In this document: positions 48,119-56,643 of the stretch, piece after piece
How positions within the stretch are numbered: the first letter of the stretch is position 1
Layout of the letters: the number at the start of each line of letters is the position of its first letter
Source of the DNA: Patescibacteria group bacterium
GTDB lineage: Bacteria > Patescibacteriota > Minisyncoccia > JAHIHE01 > JAGLIN01
DNA length: 64,000 nt
Direction of reading: 5' to 3'
Assembly: GCA_041670805.1 (NCBI GenBank)
Contig: JBAXYM010000002.1
Location: forward strand, 1,309-65,308
Made by a program: the position numbers and the translations under genes
Notes under the pieces: model-generated
What the model saw: only the letters and a program-made list of their open reading frames with translations
Told to the model about the DNA's origin: nothing
Databases searched by the model: none

Positions 48119-48286
48119 GCGGAGCACGCAACCCGCGCGAAGTAGCATGGCGGAGTGGCAGGTGGAGTAGCGGGTGGAGTAGCATGGCTTTAGCCTGCGC
48201 GGTTGTCCCAAGTCGCAAAAACTTTCATATACATTCGTTCTCTCCGTATTGGACAGCGGCGCAGGCTAAAGCCGTGCTACTCCGCG
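48119..48286. repeat. Family-D element, copy 4 (left arm reiterated).
   Basis: AGTAGCATGGCGGAGTGGCAGGTGGAGTAGCGGGTGGAGTAGCATGGCTTTAGCCTGCGCGGTTGTCCCAAG...GGACAGCGGCGCAGGCTAAAGCCGTGCTACTCC. Confidence 0.85.
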
Positions 48287-49086
48287 GATGGTTTATTCAA
48301 TAAAACTTTATAAAAAATAAACAGCGGAATGCCGCAAAGCAGCACCCATTGCGTCAAGGTCAAACCGTAAAAACGCGCATCGCAAAAAGTCAAGTCGTCG
48401 CATCGCAAAAAGTCGGCGCCAAAACGAAAAATCGCATATGACGCGATAAAAGCCAAAAAAATATGTCCGTCGCGTTTCCGTTTTGATTTCAATTCGTATA
48501 TCACGCCCGATAAAAATATCAGAAACAATATTTCGTACGAAGCAACCGGATGTCGCAGCGTGCCGTCTGCAAATTCCATTCCCCACGGCAGCGTCGTGAT
48601 TTTGCCGATATGATCACCAATCAAAAAACAACCGAGGCGCACGAAAATGAGCGCGACGACAAAACCGGGGGTCAAAATATCAAACACTTTTTTAAAATCC
48701 CGCTTTTTGTTTTTCAAATAAAGCAGGCTCAAAACTCCGGTCAGCGCCACACCGCCCGCGAGCGAAAAACCGCCATGCACGCCGGTCAAAACGGCGACGC
48801 TTTTTTCCGGACTTGAAAGAAAATAAAAAATACGCCCGCCCACAATCATTCCCGCCAATGAAATAATCATCACGTCCCAGACTGTTTCATCCGCAAGGCG
48901 GGCCTTGCGCGCTTCCTTCAAAGAAATCGCAAGTGCCGCAACAAAACCGAGGGCGACAAAAAGCCCCCATACTTGCAAGGTGAGCGCGCCCAGGTTTATT
49001 TCAGTAAAAGAAAAATACGAAAGCATTTTTATAAAAACAACGGATAACGCGGAGTAGCATGGCTTTAGCCTGCGCGGTTGTCCCAA
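48277..49086 (-). CDS. lgt: Prolipoprotein diacylglyceryl transferase.
   Basis: RLGCFLIGDHIGKITTLPWGMEF matches the Lgt signature (RxGNFxNGELxG...LPWG). The first ~20 codons of the ORF overlap a family-D repeat; the true start is probably MLSYFSF at about 49026. Confidence 0.7.
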   Translation of the reverse strand: MGQPRRLKPCYSALSVVFIKMLSYFSFTEINLGALTLQVWGLFVALGFVAALAISLKEARKARLADETVWDVMIISLAGMIVGGRIFYFLSSPEKSVAVLTGVHGGFSLAGGVALTGVLSLLYLKNKKRDFKKVFDILTPGFVVALIFVRLGCFLIGDHIGKITTLPWGMEFADGTLRHPVASYEILFLIFLSGVIYELKSKRKRDGHIFLAFIASYAIFRFGADFLRCDDLTFCDARFYGLTLTQWVLLCGIPLFIFYKVLLNKPSAE

Positions 49087-49170
49087 GCAAAGAAAACGAT
49101 TGAATATGTTTGTTCTTCCCGCATTGGACAGCGGCGCAGGCTGAAGCCTGCTACTCCGCCATGCTACTCC
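49050..49170. repeat. Family-D element, copy 5 (overlaps the ORF-track N-terminus of lgt).
   Basis: GGAGTAGCATGGCTTTAGCCTGCGCGGTTGTCCCAAGC...GCATTGGACAGCGGCGCAGGCTGAAGCCTGCTACTCC. Confidence 0.85.
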
Positions 49171-50405
49171 GTCCGTAAAACTTTTTTCTTAAATTTCGCA
49201 CCTCTCAATTTTCGATGATACCCTATCGCAAAGCGGTGTGACTCGTCGCGGACTTTCTTTATCAACTCTACGTCGGGAAAAATAAAACTTTTGGGACCGG
49301 AGAAAAAAAGTTTTTCACCCTTGCGGTCGGGTCCCTTGGCGATACCCACGATGGGAATTTCCAGACCCAGTTTTTTCAAGATAGTCTTGGCGACATTGGT
49401 CTGCGTGAGGCCGCCGTCCATCACGATAACATCCGGCGCCCGCCAATCGTGATGATTGCCGAATCTCCTTTCCAAAACCTCATACATCATCGCTGGATCA
49501 TTGGCACCCTCGACGGTTTTGATTTTAAATTTGCGATACTCGTCTTTGTCCGGCCGTCCGCGGCGAAAAACCACCATCGAACCCACAGCATCCTCGCCGC
49601 CGATGTTGGAAATGTCATAACCTTCAATCCTTTCGAACGTGCCGGCGTTGTCTTCCAAAAGCAGATCCTCTTTACGCAGAAACGCCGTGTCGCGAATATG
49701 CCGGAGCGCAAACAGTTGGTCGCGGATTTCCGCCGCTTTCTCGAATTCATTTTTGCGCGCCGCACTTTGCATCTCTTTTTCCAGCTTCTTGATGATCCCA
49801 GATTTTTTGCCTTCCAAAAAAGATCTGATATAAGAGATTATTTTTGCATAGTCCTCCTGCGAAATGTCGCCCGTTTTTCCCGAATTGTAGCCCTTGATAT
49901 AGTATTGGCGATAAAGGCCGGATGTCGCGCTCGACTCGCCGCGGCGGCAGAAAATCTTGACCAGAAAATCGATTACTTTTCCGGCATCATACTTGCTGGT
50001 ATACGGACCGAAAATGTGTTTGGCTTTTTTCTTTTTTTCGTCAGTCGCACGCACGATGAGCACGCGCGGATATTTTTCATCGGTGATGATGATATTCACG
50101 AAATATTTGTCGTCCTTGAGCTTGATGTTGTAATAAGGTTTATGAAGGTTGATGAGATTGGCTTCCAAAATCAGCGCCTCCATCGCGCTGTCGGTAGTGC
50201 GAAAATCTATGCCCTTGATGCTCTCAACCAGTTTTTCCGTCTTGGCATTCAAAGCGCGATTAAAATACGAGCCCACTCGTTTTTTGAGAGAAGTCGCTTT
50301 GCCGATATAGATAATTTCCTCTTCTCCGTCTTTCATAATATACACCCCGGGAGAATCCGGAAATCCCCTTACCGCCTCTTTTATTTTTACATCATATAGC
50401 GCCAT
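49164..50405 (-). CDS. uvrC: UvrC-like excinuclease (GIY-YIG plus RNase-H-like endonuclease domain), C-terminally short.
   Basis: N-terminal GIY-YIG (GVYIMKDGEEEIIYIGKATSLKKRVGSYF) and the RNase-H-like domain (IEGYDISNIGG...VMDGG). At 413 aa it lacks the C-terminal (HhH)2 region. Confidence 0.6.
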   Translation of the reverse strand: MALYDVKIKEAVRGFPDSPGVYIMKDGEEEIIYIGKATSLKKRVGSYFNRALNAKTEKLVESIKGIDFRTTDSAMEALILEANLINLHKPYYNIKLKDDKYFVNIIITDEKYPRVLIVRATDEKKKKAKHIFGPYTSKYDAGKVIDFLVKIFCRRGESSATSGLYRQYYIKGYNSGKTGDISQEDYAKIISYIRSFLEGKKSGIIKKLEKEMQSAARKNEFEKAAEIRDQLFALRHIRDTAFLRKEDLLLEDNAGTFERIEGYDISNIGGEDAVGSMVVFRRGRPDKDEYRKFKIKTVEGANDPAMMYEVLERRFGNHHDWRAPDVIVMDGGLTQTNVAKTILKKLGLEIPIVGIAKGPDRKGEKLFFSGPKSFIFPDVELIKKVRDESHRFAIGYHRKLRGAKFKKKVLRTE

Positions 50406-50510
50406 ATGCGAAAATTAATTTGGATTGATTTATCGCGTACTTCAAACCGGATGTGCACTCAAGTCCAATAAAGAAACGGGATATGTATTCAAAATACATA
50501 TCCGATCCCA

Positions 50511-51083
50511 TTATCTCACAATCTTATCCACAATCCCATATTTCTTCGCTTCCTCCGCGTCCATATAGAAATCACGATCGGAATCTTGCTCAATCTTGGA
50601 AAGCGGCTGGCCGGTATTCTTTGCCAAAATTTTGTTAAGATTCGCCTTGACGCGCAAAATTTGGCGCGCGGAAATTTCGATGTCGCTCGCTTGTCCTTCG
50701 GCGCCGCCCATCACCTGGTGAATCATAATCTCCGCATTGGGAAGTACAAGCCGCTTGCCTTTCGCCCCGCTGGAGAGCAGCAGAGACGCCGCCGATGCCG
50801 CCATACCCACGCATACGGTGGACACGTCGGCTTTGATGTAATTCATTGTGTCATAAATCGCCAGCGCGGAAGAGACCACTCCGCCCGGAGAATTGATATA
50901 AAGACTGATGTCGGTTTTCTTGTCCTGCTTGTCCAGAAAAAGAAGCTGCGCAATGATATTGTTTGCCACGGCGTCGTTGATCGGACCGCCCAGCATAATG
51001 ATGCGGTCTTTCAAAAGACGCGAGTAAATGTCATAAGCCCTTTCTCCATCGCTGGACTTTTCGATAACTGTTGGAATTAACAT
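50511..51083 (-). CDS. clpP: ATP-dependent Clp protease proteolytic subunit.
   Basis: Ser-His-Asp triad context ([17 protein letters not shown]) and the INSPGG motif. Confidence 0.9.
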   Translation of the reverse strand: MLIPTVIEKSSDGERAYDIYSRLLKDRIIMLGGPINDAVANNIIAQLLFLDKQDKKTDISLYINSPGGVVSSALAIYDTMNYIKADVSTVCVGMAASAASLLLSSGAKGKRLVLPNAEIMIHQVMGGAEGQASDIEISARQILRVKANLNKILAKNTGQPLSKIEQDSDRDFYMDAEEAKKYGIVDKIVR

Positions 51084-51371
51084 ATATTTTATAGTTAATG
51101 ATTATGGGTTAATTATAATGTTTTTTGTGGTTTTTGCAAAGGATACATATGTTGTTTGTCACTGCGACTAACATTATGCGGGAGCGGGTATTCACCCGCT
51201 CCTTTTTAGTTCGATTTCAAAGATAAACAAAATCTATTTCCAAAATTGTTATCCGCCTGCGGTAAAATCAATTGTAATAAACGTATAATCTCCCGCGAAT
51301 AGCTTCCTTTTTTGGTTATCGTAAAGGGATTGCCACGTCGGAGTACCTCCTCGCAATGAACAGGTAAGACA

Positions 51372-51404
51372 ACGAAAAAAGCAAAAATGAATTTGCTTTT
51401 CTCT
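51372..51404 (-). terminator. Rho-independent terminator downstream of tig.
   Basis: On the minus strand, AAAAGCAAA-ttcattt-TTGCTTTT followed by TTCG. Confidence 0.5.
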
Positions 51405-51427
51405 CAATATTTCGTCAAACAATAAAC

Positions 51428-52711
51428 TTAGTTTTTTTCCGCCAAATCCTTCAAAAATTTCACCACTTTTACACGCAGCAAATCTCCTGCGATATAATCG
51501 CGGAAACGAACCATATCAATCTTGCCTCGGATTTCTTCCGCGTTCGGATAATATTTCAAAGTCTCGTCCACTTTCTCGGTAATTTCATTTTCCTCCGCTT
51601 TGATATTCTCGCGCAGAGCAACCTCGCGTACCGCCAAATGCTCTTTCACTTTTTTCTCCGCCAGAGGCTTCCATTCTTCGCGAATGCTTTCCACGGTAGC
51701 GTTGGCATTTTTCAAGTACTCGTCAAAATCCATTCCCGCCTGGCTGATATTACCCTTGAATTCCGCAACCATATTGGTAACCTCGGAATCAATCAAAACA
51801 TCAGGGATATCCGCTTCCATATCTTTCACCACTTGATCGATAAGTTCGTGCTCCAACTCGTGATCGGCGTGCGCATCTTCTTCCGCTTCCATGCTTTTGC
51901 GAATATTCGACTTGAGTTCCGCCAAGTCCTTGATCTGACCGAAACTCCGGGCAAATTCATCGTTGATTTCCGGCTTTTCGACTTTTTGCACCAAATCCAT
52001 TGTCACTTTGAAATTGGCCACCTTGCCGGCCAAGCCTTCCTTGTAATCATCCGGAAATTTAAGCTCAAACTCTTTGATGTCATCCTTCTTCATCCCGACC
52101 AGCCGGTCTTCAAAACCGGGAATAAATTTATTTTCCCCGATAATCAAAGGATGATTCTTGCTCTCCCCGCCCTCGATTTTCACACCGCCGACGCGCACCT
52201 CAAAATCAATCTCCGCCCGATCGTCTTTCGCCGCCGGCTCGTCTTTGGTGATATAAGCCGCGCGCCTGTTCTGCAGACTTGCGAGCTCCTTGTCGATTTG
52301 TTCCTCCTCGATTTTTTTCACCTCTTTCTTGCCGGTAACTTTTTTGTAGTCGCCCAGCTTTACCGCCGGCATTACCGAGATTGTCATCTTGTATTCAAAA
52401 TCATTCCCCGGCGCCATCTTGGTAATTTCCGCGCGCGGCTGACCCAGAGGAATCATTTCCGGTGAGGCTTTCAGAATTTCCAGATAGGTTCTTTCGATAG
52501 CCATATGCGTCGCCTCTTCGTAGATCTTCGCCTCGCCGACTTTCCGCTTCACAACGTCCTTGGGCGCTTTGCCTTTGCGAAATCCGTCCAGTTCCACGTT
52601 TTTGGCAATATCTTCGGTCGCTTTCTCGACATATTTTTGCATCTCTTCGTTTGAAATCTTAACCGAAATTTCTTTCTGCGATTTTTCCAAATCCTTGATC
52701 GTATTTTCCAT
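51428..52711 (-). CDS. tig: Trigger factor.
   Basis: GFRKGKAPK ribosome-binding signature and an FKBP-type PPIase domain (IPGFEDRLVGMKKDD). Confidence 0.9.
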   Translation of the reverse strand: MENTIKDLEKSQKEISVKISNEEMQKYVEKATEDIAKNVELDGFRKGKAPKDVVKRKVGEAKIYEEATHMAIERTYLEILKASPEMIPLGQPRAEITKMAPGNDFEYKMTISVMPAVKLGDYKKVTGKKEVKKIEEEQIDKELASLQNRRAAYITKDEPAAKDDRAEIDFEVRVGGVKIEGGESKNHPLIIGENKFIPGFEDRLVGMKKDDIKEFELKFPDDYKEGLAGKVANFKVTMDLVQKVEKPEINDEFARSFGQIKDLAELKSNIRKSMEAEEDAHADHELEHELIDQVVKDMEADIPDVLIDSEVTNMVAEFKGNISQAGMDFDEYLKNANATVESIREEWKPLAEKKVKEHLAVREVALRENIKAEENEITEKVDETLKYYPNAEEIRGKIDMVRFRDYIAGDLLRVKVVKFLKDLAEKN

Positions 52712-52736
52712 AATTTTCTCTATTAATTTGTCATTC

Positions 52737-52776
52737 TGAACGCAGCGATAGCGGAGTGAAGAATCCCGTTATCATA
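52737..52776. repeat. Family-E element, forward copy upstream of tig.
   Basis: TTGTCATTCTGAACGCAGCGATAGCGGAGTGAAGAATCCC. Confidence 0.7.
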
Positions 52777-52839
52777 CGGACAAAACTTTATATAAGGTTG
52801 TATTAATTATAGTAACCGGAGCTAGCTCATTCTTTTCGC

Positions 52840-52983
52840 GAGAACAGGTTTAAACCTGTTATCAATAGTTCTGTTTCAAAATAAAATAATATGATTGGGC
52901 AAAAAGATATCCGGCACTTTTTATCCGTTCAACATTTTTCTTCTTGAAATCAAACCCCGGAGAGCAGGTTTAAACCTGCTCCC
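52840..52983. repeat. Pair of family-G hairpins between tig and ppaC, with a related copy at 51181-51203.
   Basis: GAGAACAGGTTTAAACCTGTT and GGAGAGCAGGTTTAAACCTGCTCCC; also GGAGCGGGTATTCACCCGCTCC at 51181. Confidence 0.75.
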
Positions 52984-53001
52984 GCAGCCTATGTCTATAC
53001 G

Positions 53002-53934
53002 TCACTTCGTAAAATAGCTCACCAGCGGCGGCACCATTTGCTTCTTGCGAGAAACCACGCCTTTCAAAAACGCCATATCGCCTTTCGTTTCAACCCCGAA
53101 CACCGTTTTCACAAGACCGCTTTCCGGCTCTCCTATAATGTAGCAATAGGAATTGTTTTTAAGAATGTCCACCACTCCGAACAATATATAGTCCAACTTC
53201 TCGTTTACTTTTTTTACCTGCAACAGGCTCATAATTTTAGCGGCGCTTGAGTTAACGCTCTCCGGGTTGGTGGTCTCCCATACGCCGATGCCGACTTTCT
53301 TCCCGCCCATTTCATATTCTTTATAGTCGCTTTCCACCACCCTGCTCAAGGAAATCCCCTTCAAACTGGACTTAGCCGCAAAAAGGTCAGCGGTAAATTT
53401 TTTGACATCTACCTTGGCAATTTGCGCGAGCTCTTTCAGAAACGCCTTATCCTCCGCCGTAGTTATGGGCGAAGTCAGATTCAAAGTGTCGGAAACTATT
53501 CCCGCCATTGCCAGCGTCGCAGTTTTTTTGTCTGCTTTGACGCCTTTTTCTTTCAAAATTTTATAGACCAAAGAGCAAACGCAGCCGATATTTTCCGCCC
53601 GCACATAAATCGCCTTCGAACTTTTAAGCCCGCCCAAATTGTGATGATCGATAATTCCCACCAGATTGTCTTCGGTCAAACCTTCGATAATCTGCCCCGG
53701 CTCGGTCGTGTCCACCAAAACCACGTTCTCGGTCGTGATTTTCTTGATAGGCTTCGGTTTGGATTCTTTGACCAGATCCAAAATATACTTGGTCTCATTG
53801 TTCACATCCCCCGCAATCCTGCTTTCCACTTCAAAGCCCAAGATTTTCTTGGAAAATTTGGAAACCAAAATCGCCGATAAAACAGAATCAGTATCAGGGT
53901 TCTTGTGCCCCACAACAATAGTTTTCGTTGCCAT
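53002..53934 (-). CDS. ppaC: Manganese-dependent inorganic pyrophosphatase (family II, DHH).
   Basis: VGHKNPDTDS, IIDHHN, and a C-terminal LKGVVSRKKQMVP that is near-identical to the B. subtilis PpaC C-terminal motif. Confidence 0.85.
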   Translation of the reverse strand: MATKTIVVGHKNPDTDSVLSAILVSKFSKKILGFEVESRIAGDVNNETKYILDLVKESKPKPIKKITTENVVLVDTTEPGQIIEGLTEDNLVGIIDHHNLGGLKSSKAIYVRAENIGCVCSLVYKILKEKGVKADKKTATLAMAGIVSDTLNLTSPITTAEDKAFLKELAQIAKVDVKKFTADLFAAKSSLKGISLSRVVESDYKEYEMGGKKVGIGVWETTNPESVNSSAAKIMSLLQVKKVNEKLDYILFGVVDILKNNSYCYIIGEPESGLVKTVFGVETKGDMAFLKGVVSRKKQMVPPLVSYFTK

Positions 53935-54003
53935 TTTTATCTATTAATAAATTATGGATTAAGTTTACCAAACGCCACACACCCACCAGCACACTATATT
54001 ACG

Positions 54004-54033
54004 CGTCATCCTGAGGTACTTCGAAGGATCCCG
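54004..54033. repeat. Family-E-like short copy.
   Basis: CGTCATCCTGAGGTACTTCGAAGGATCCCG; similar pieces occur at 23918-23939 and 26197-26220. Confidence 0.55.
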
Positions 54034-54102
54034 CCACTATGCCAATTAATTATACAACAATACGATTGTCCTATTATAATGTTTATCCGCATGGCAAAGA
54101 GA

Positions 54103-54137
54103 TTCTTCACTTCGCTCCGCTACGTTCAGAATGACAG
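54103..54137. repeat. Family-E element, inverted copy downstream of nusA. With 52737-52776 it brackets ppaC.
   Basis: ATTCTTCACTTCGCTCCGCTACGTTCAGAATGACAG, the reverse complement of the 52737 copy. Confidence 0.7.
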
Positions 54138-54151
54138 AAATAAGTAAATTA

Positions 54152-55318
54152 TTACACCTCCGTCTCCGCTTCCTCTTCCGCTTCCTCAACCGCCTGCACC
54201 GCTTCTTTCTTCTTCTCCACCACATCTATTTTCCATCCGGTCAGCTTGGTTGCCAAACGGACGTTCTGTCCCTGCTTGCCGATGGCGAGCGAGAGCTGAT
54301 CTTCGGCGACAAATGCCGTCGCCAATTTCTTTCCGTCGTCCAAAATAATGCTGGCGACTTTTGCCGGTGAAAGCGCGTGCTGAATATATTTTTTCGCATC
54401 GTCATTCCATTCAATAATGTCGATTTTCTCTCCGCCCAATTCATTGATAATGGTCTGGATGCGCGCGCCCCTTTGCCCCACGCACGATCCCACCGGATCA
54501 ATCCCCTCCTCGTTGGAAGCCACCGACACTTTGCTTCTGGACCCGGCTTCCCGGGCAACGCCTTTGATCTCCACCGTCGCGGCGTAGATTTCCGGCACTT
54601 CCAATTCGAAAAGCTTCTTTACAATTTCTTCGCTGGTTCGAGACAAGACAAGATTTGCCTCTTTGGTTTCCTGAGAAACTTTGGAAATATACACCTTGAG
54701 CCGCTGCCCCACCTGATATCTCTCGCCGTTAATCTGCTCCGCCGGATAGAGAATTCCCACCGCTTTCCCGACGTCAATCAAAACATTCCTGCCCTCAACG
54801 CGCTGCACGGTGCCATTCACGACTTCGCCTTCCTTGTCTTTGAATTCCTCAAACACCGCCTCTTTTTCCGCCTCGCGAATTTTCTGAATCATAACCTGCT
54901 TGGCAGTCTGCGCGGCAATGCGGCCGAAATCGCTGTGCGGCGGCAACTCGATGCGGACCTCGTCGCCCAGTTTGGCGTTCTTGTCGATTTTTTCCGCGTC
55001 CTCCAATGTAATATTTTTCTCCGGATTGAATTTCTTCTTCGGCTCTCCGTCGTCTTCGCCAATCTCTTCAGTTTCCCCTTCATCATATTCTTCATCGTCT
55101 TCATCACCGGTCATCTCCGCCACCACTTTGACCTGAAAAGCCCTGACATCGCCAGTCTCTTCGTCGAAATGAGTTTCGATCACCTGCCCCTTTTCCCCGT
55201 AATCTTTTTTGTAAGCCGCCGCGATCGCCGCCTCCACAATTTCCATCGCTTTCCTTTTGGGAATCCCCTTCTCCTCGCAAATCTGGTTGATTGCCAACGC
55301 GAATTGTTTTTGTTCCAT
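54152..55318 (-). CDS. nusA: Transcription termination/antitermination factor NusA.
   Basis: N-terminal domain, S1 domain and two KH domains (GQRGARIQTI, GKQGQNVRLATKLTGWKIDV). It also has an unusual acidic insertion (DEDDEEYDEGETEEIGEDDGE). Confidence 0.9.
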   Translation of the reverse strand: MEQKQFALAINQICEEKGIPKRKAMEIVEAAIAAAYKKDYGEKGQVIETHFDEETGDVRAFQVKVVAEMTGDEDDEEYDEGETEEIGEDDGEPKKKFNPEKNITLEDAEKIDKNAKLGDEVRIELPPHSDFGRIAAQTAKQVMIQKIREAEKEAVFEEFKDKEGEVVNGTVQRVEGRNVLIDVGKAVGILYPAEQINGERYQVGQRLKVYISKVSQETKEANLVLSRTSEEIVKKLFELEVPEIYAATVEIKGVAREAGSRSKVSVASNEEGIDPVGSCVGQRGARIQTIINELGGEKIDIIEWNDDAKKYIQHALSPAKVASIILDDGKKLATAFVAEDQLSLAIGKQGQNVRLATKLTGWKIDVVEKKKEAVQAVEEAEEEAETEV

Positions 55319-55372
55319 GATTTTTAGTTACTTTTTTCTAAATTACGCATTATTGTTCTCTCATTCTTTAAT

Positions 55373-55561
55373 CTGTCGAGTACGACTTTCGCAATACCCG
55401 TTATAAAGAAGCAGTTAATATTTGTCATTTCGAAATGAGGTACTCCGATTGAGAAATCTAGGAACAATACTATGCAAATATAATCTTACTGTAAAAACAA
55501 TACCGACAAAGTCTTCGTGCATTTCTCAGATCTCTCAGTCGAGTACTCCTTCGAGATGACA
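55373..55561. mobile_element. Family-C MITE plus an adjacent TIR fragment, upstream of nusA.
   Basis: CTGTCGAGTACGACTTTCGCAATACC fragment, then a full copy: TGTCATTTCGAAATGAGGTACTCCGATTGAGAAATCTAGGAA ... TCAGATCTCTCAGTCGAGTACTCCTTCGAGATGACA. Confidence 0.75.
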
Positions 55562-55744
55562 AATAGGATTGGTCAAGTTCCGGTATCGGGATTGCCGCGT
55601 CGCCCGGAGTACCGGCTCCTCGCAATTCGAGAGTACTGCCTTTGATTTAAAAAAAACCAATCCGCCGGAAGGTTTTCTCAGAATCAGTCTAAAACTAATA
55701 ACATTATAGCAGATTGATTTTCGGTGTCAAATTGCACCTTGACC

Positions 55745-56170
55745 CACTTGAACTTTGAATCACTTTTTTTGCCGAATTGAAAGGTAAAAAACAATCTTTT
55801 TTGTCATTCCGGAATTTCGGTACTCCGAAATATCCGGAATCCCGTAGCTATGCAAGGCAAGTATTGTATTTCATTTATATGAGAGTATCTTGCATTATGC
55901 ATTATGGACCACACCAGAAATGGTGTGAACCACGCGGGACAAAACGTTCTTGCATAATATTTCACACCATTTCTGGTGTGGTCCAAATGCAAAGCTGGAT
56001 CTCTGATTGATACAGATTTTGATGTCTGTTATAAAACCATATATTTGCGCATAACCCATTTTTATCGGCTTGGTAACGGGATCCCGGATATTTGCTACGC
56101 AAATTCCGGGATAACATCTCTTTAGAAAGCTATAGATAAGCGTCGGGAAGTGCAGGTGAAGTAGAATATG
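55745..56170. mobile_element. Family-B composite element with a nested extended family-A element (the best-preserved full copy).
   Basis: Left TIR CTTGACCCACTTGAACTTTGAA, both internal hairpins present, and a right end CTTTAGAAAGCTATAGATAAGCGTCGGGAAGTGCAGGTGAA. Confidence 0.75.
55906..55984. repeat. Family-A element, copy 15 (nested in a family-B element, with left and right extensions about 55882-56064).
   Basis: Full arms. The insertion is bounded by CATTTATA|...|TCGGCTTGG, whereas the A-less family-B copy at about 5180 reads CATTTTTAC|CGGCTTGG. Confidence 0.9.
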
Positions 56171-56250
56171 AGAATAATTGACAGATAAACGAAAATCATA
56201 TATTTTGTATTATACAAAATAAAAAAAGCTGACAAAAAAGGAGGAATTAC

Positions 56251-56619
56251 ATGAATGCCGAAAACAAAATTCCTATTGGCAGTTCAATCGTTCTGCTAGT
56301 TATCGGAGCAATAGCAGCTCTGATAAACGAAATAACGCTGGACGATGTCACACCGGCGATAACTGTCGTCGCTTTTATAGGGTGCTGTTGTCAATTAACA
56401 AAATTCGCTACATTTGGCAGGGCATCAAAAACGGAAAAGGTAATAGCGGGAGGTCTTGGATGCTGTGCAATTGTCGCTATATATGAGATTGTAACAATTC
56501 TCAATATAGAAATATTAAGTGAGAGCCTGATGAAACACATTGGAATCATATTTATATTCTTAAATGTTTCTTCTATATTATTCAATCTATCAAAAATGAT
56601 AGAAGGAACATCGCAATAA
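56251..56619 (+). CDS. Hypothetical small membrane protein.
   Basis: Strong SD (AAAAAAGGAGG, 6-nt spacer) before the ATG. 122 aa with 3-4 hydrophobic helices. Confidence 0.45.
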   Translation: MNAENKIPIGSSIVLLVIGAIAALINEITLDDVTPAITVVAFIGCCCQLTKFATFGRASKTEKVIAGGLGCCAIVAIYEIVTILNIEILSESLMKHIGIIFIFLNVSSILFNLSKMIEGTSQ

Positions 56620-56643
56620 ATTTTTCAAGCACATTTTATCTTC

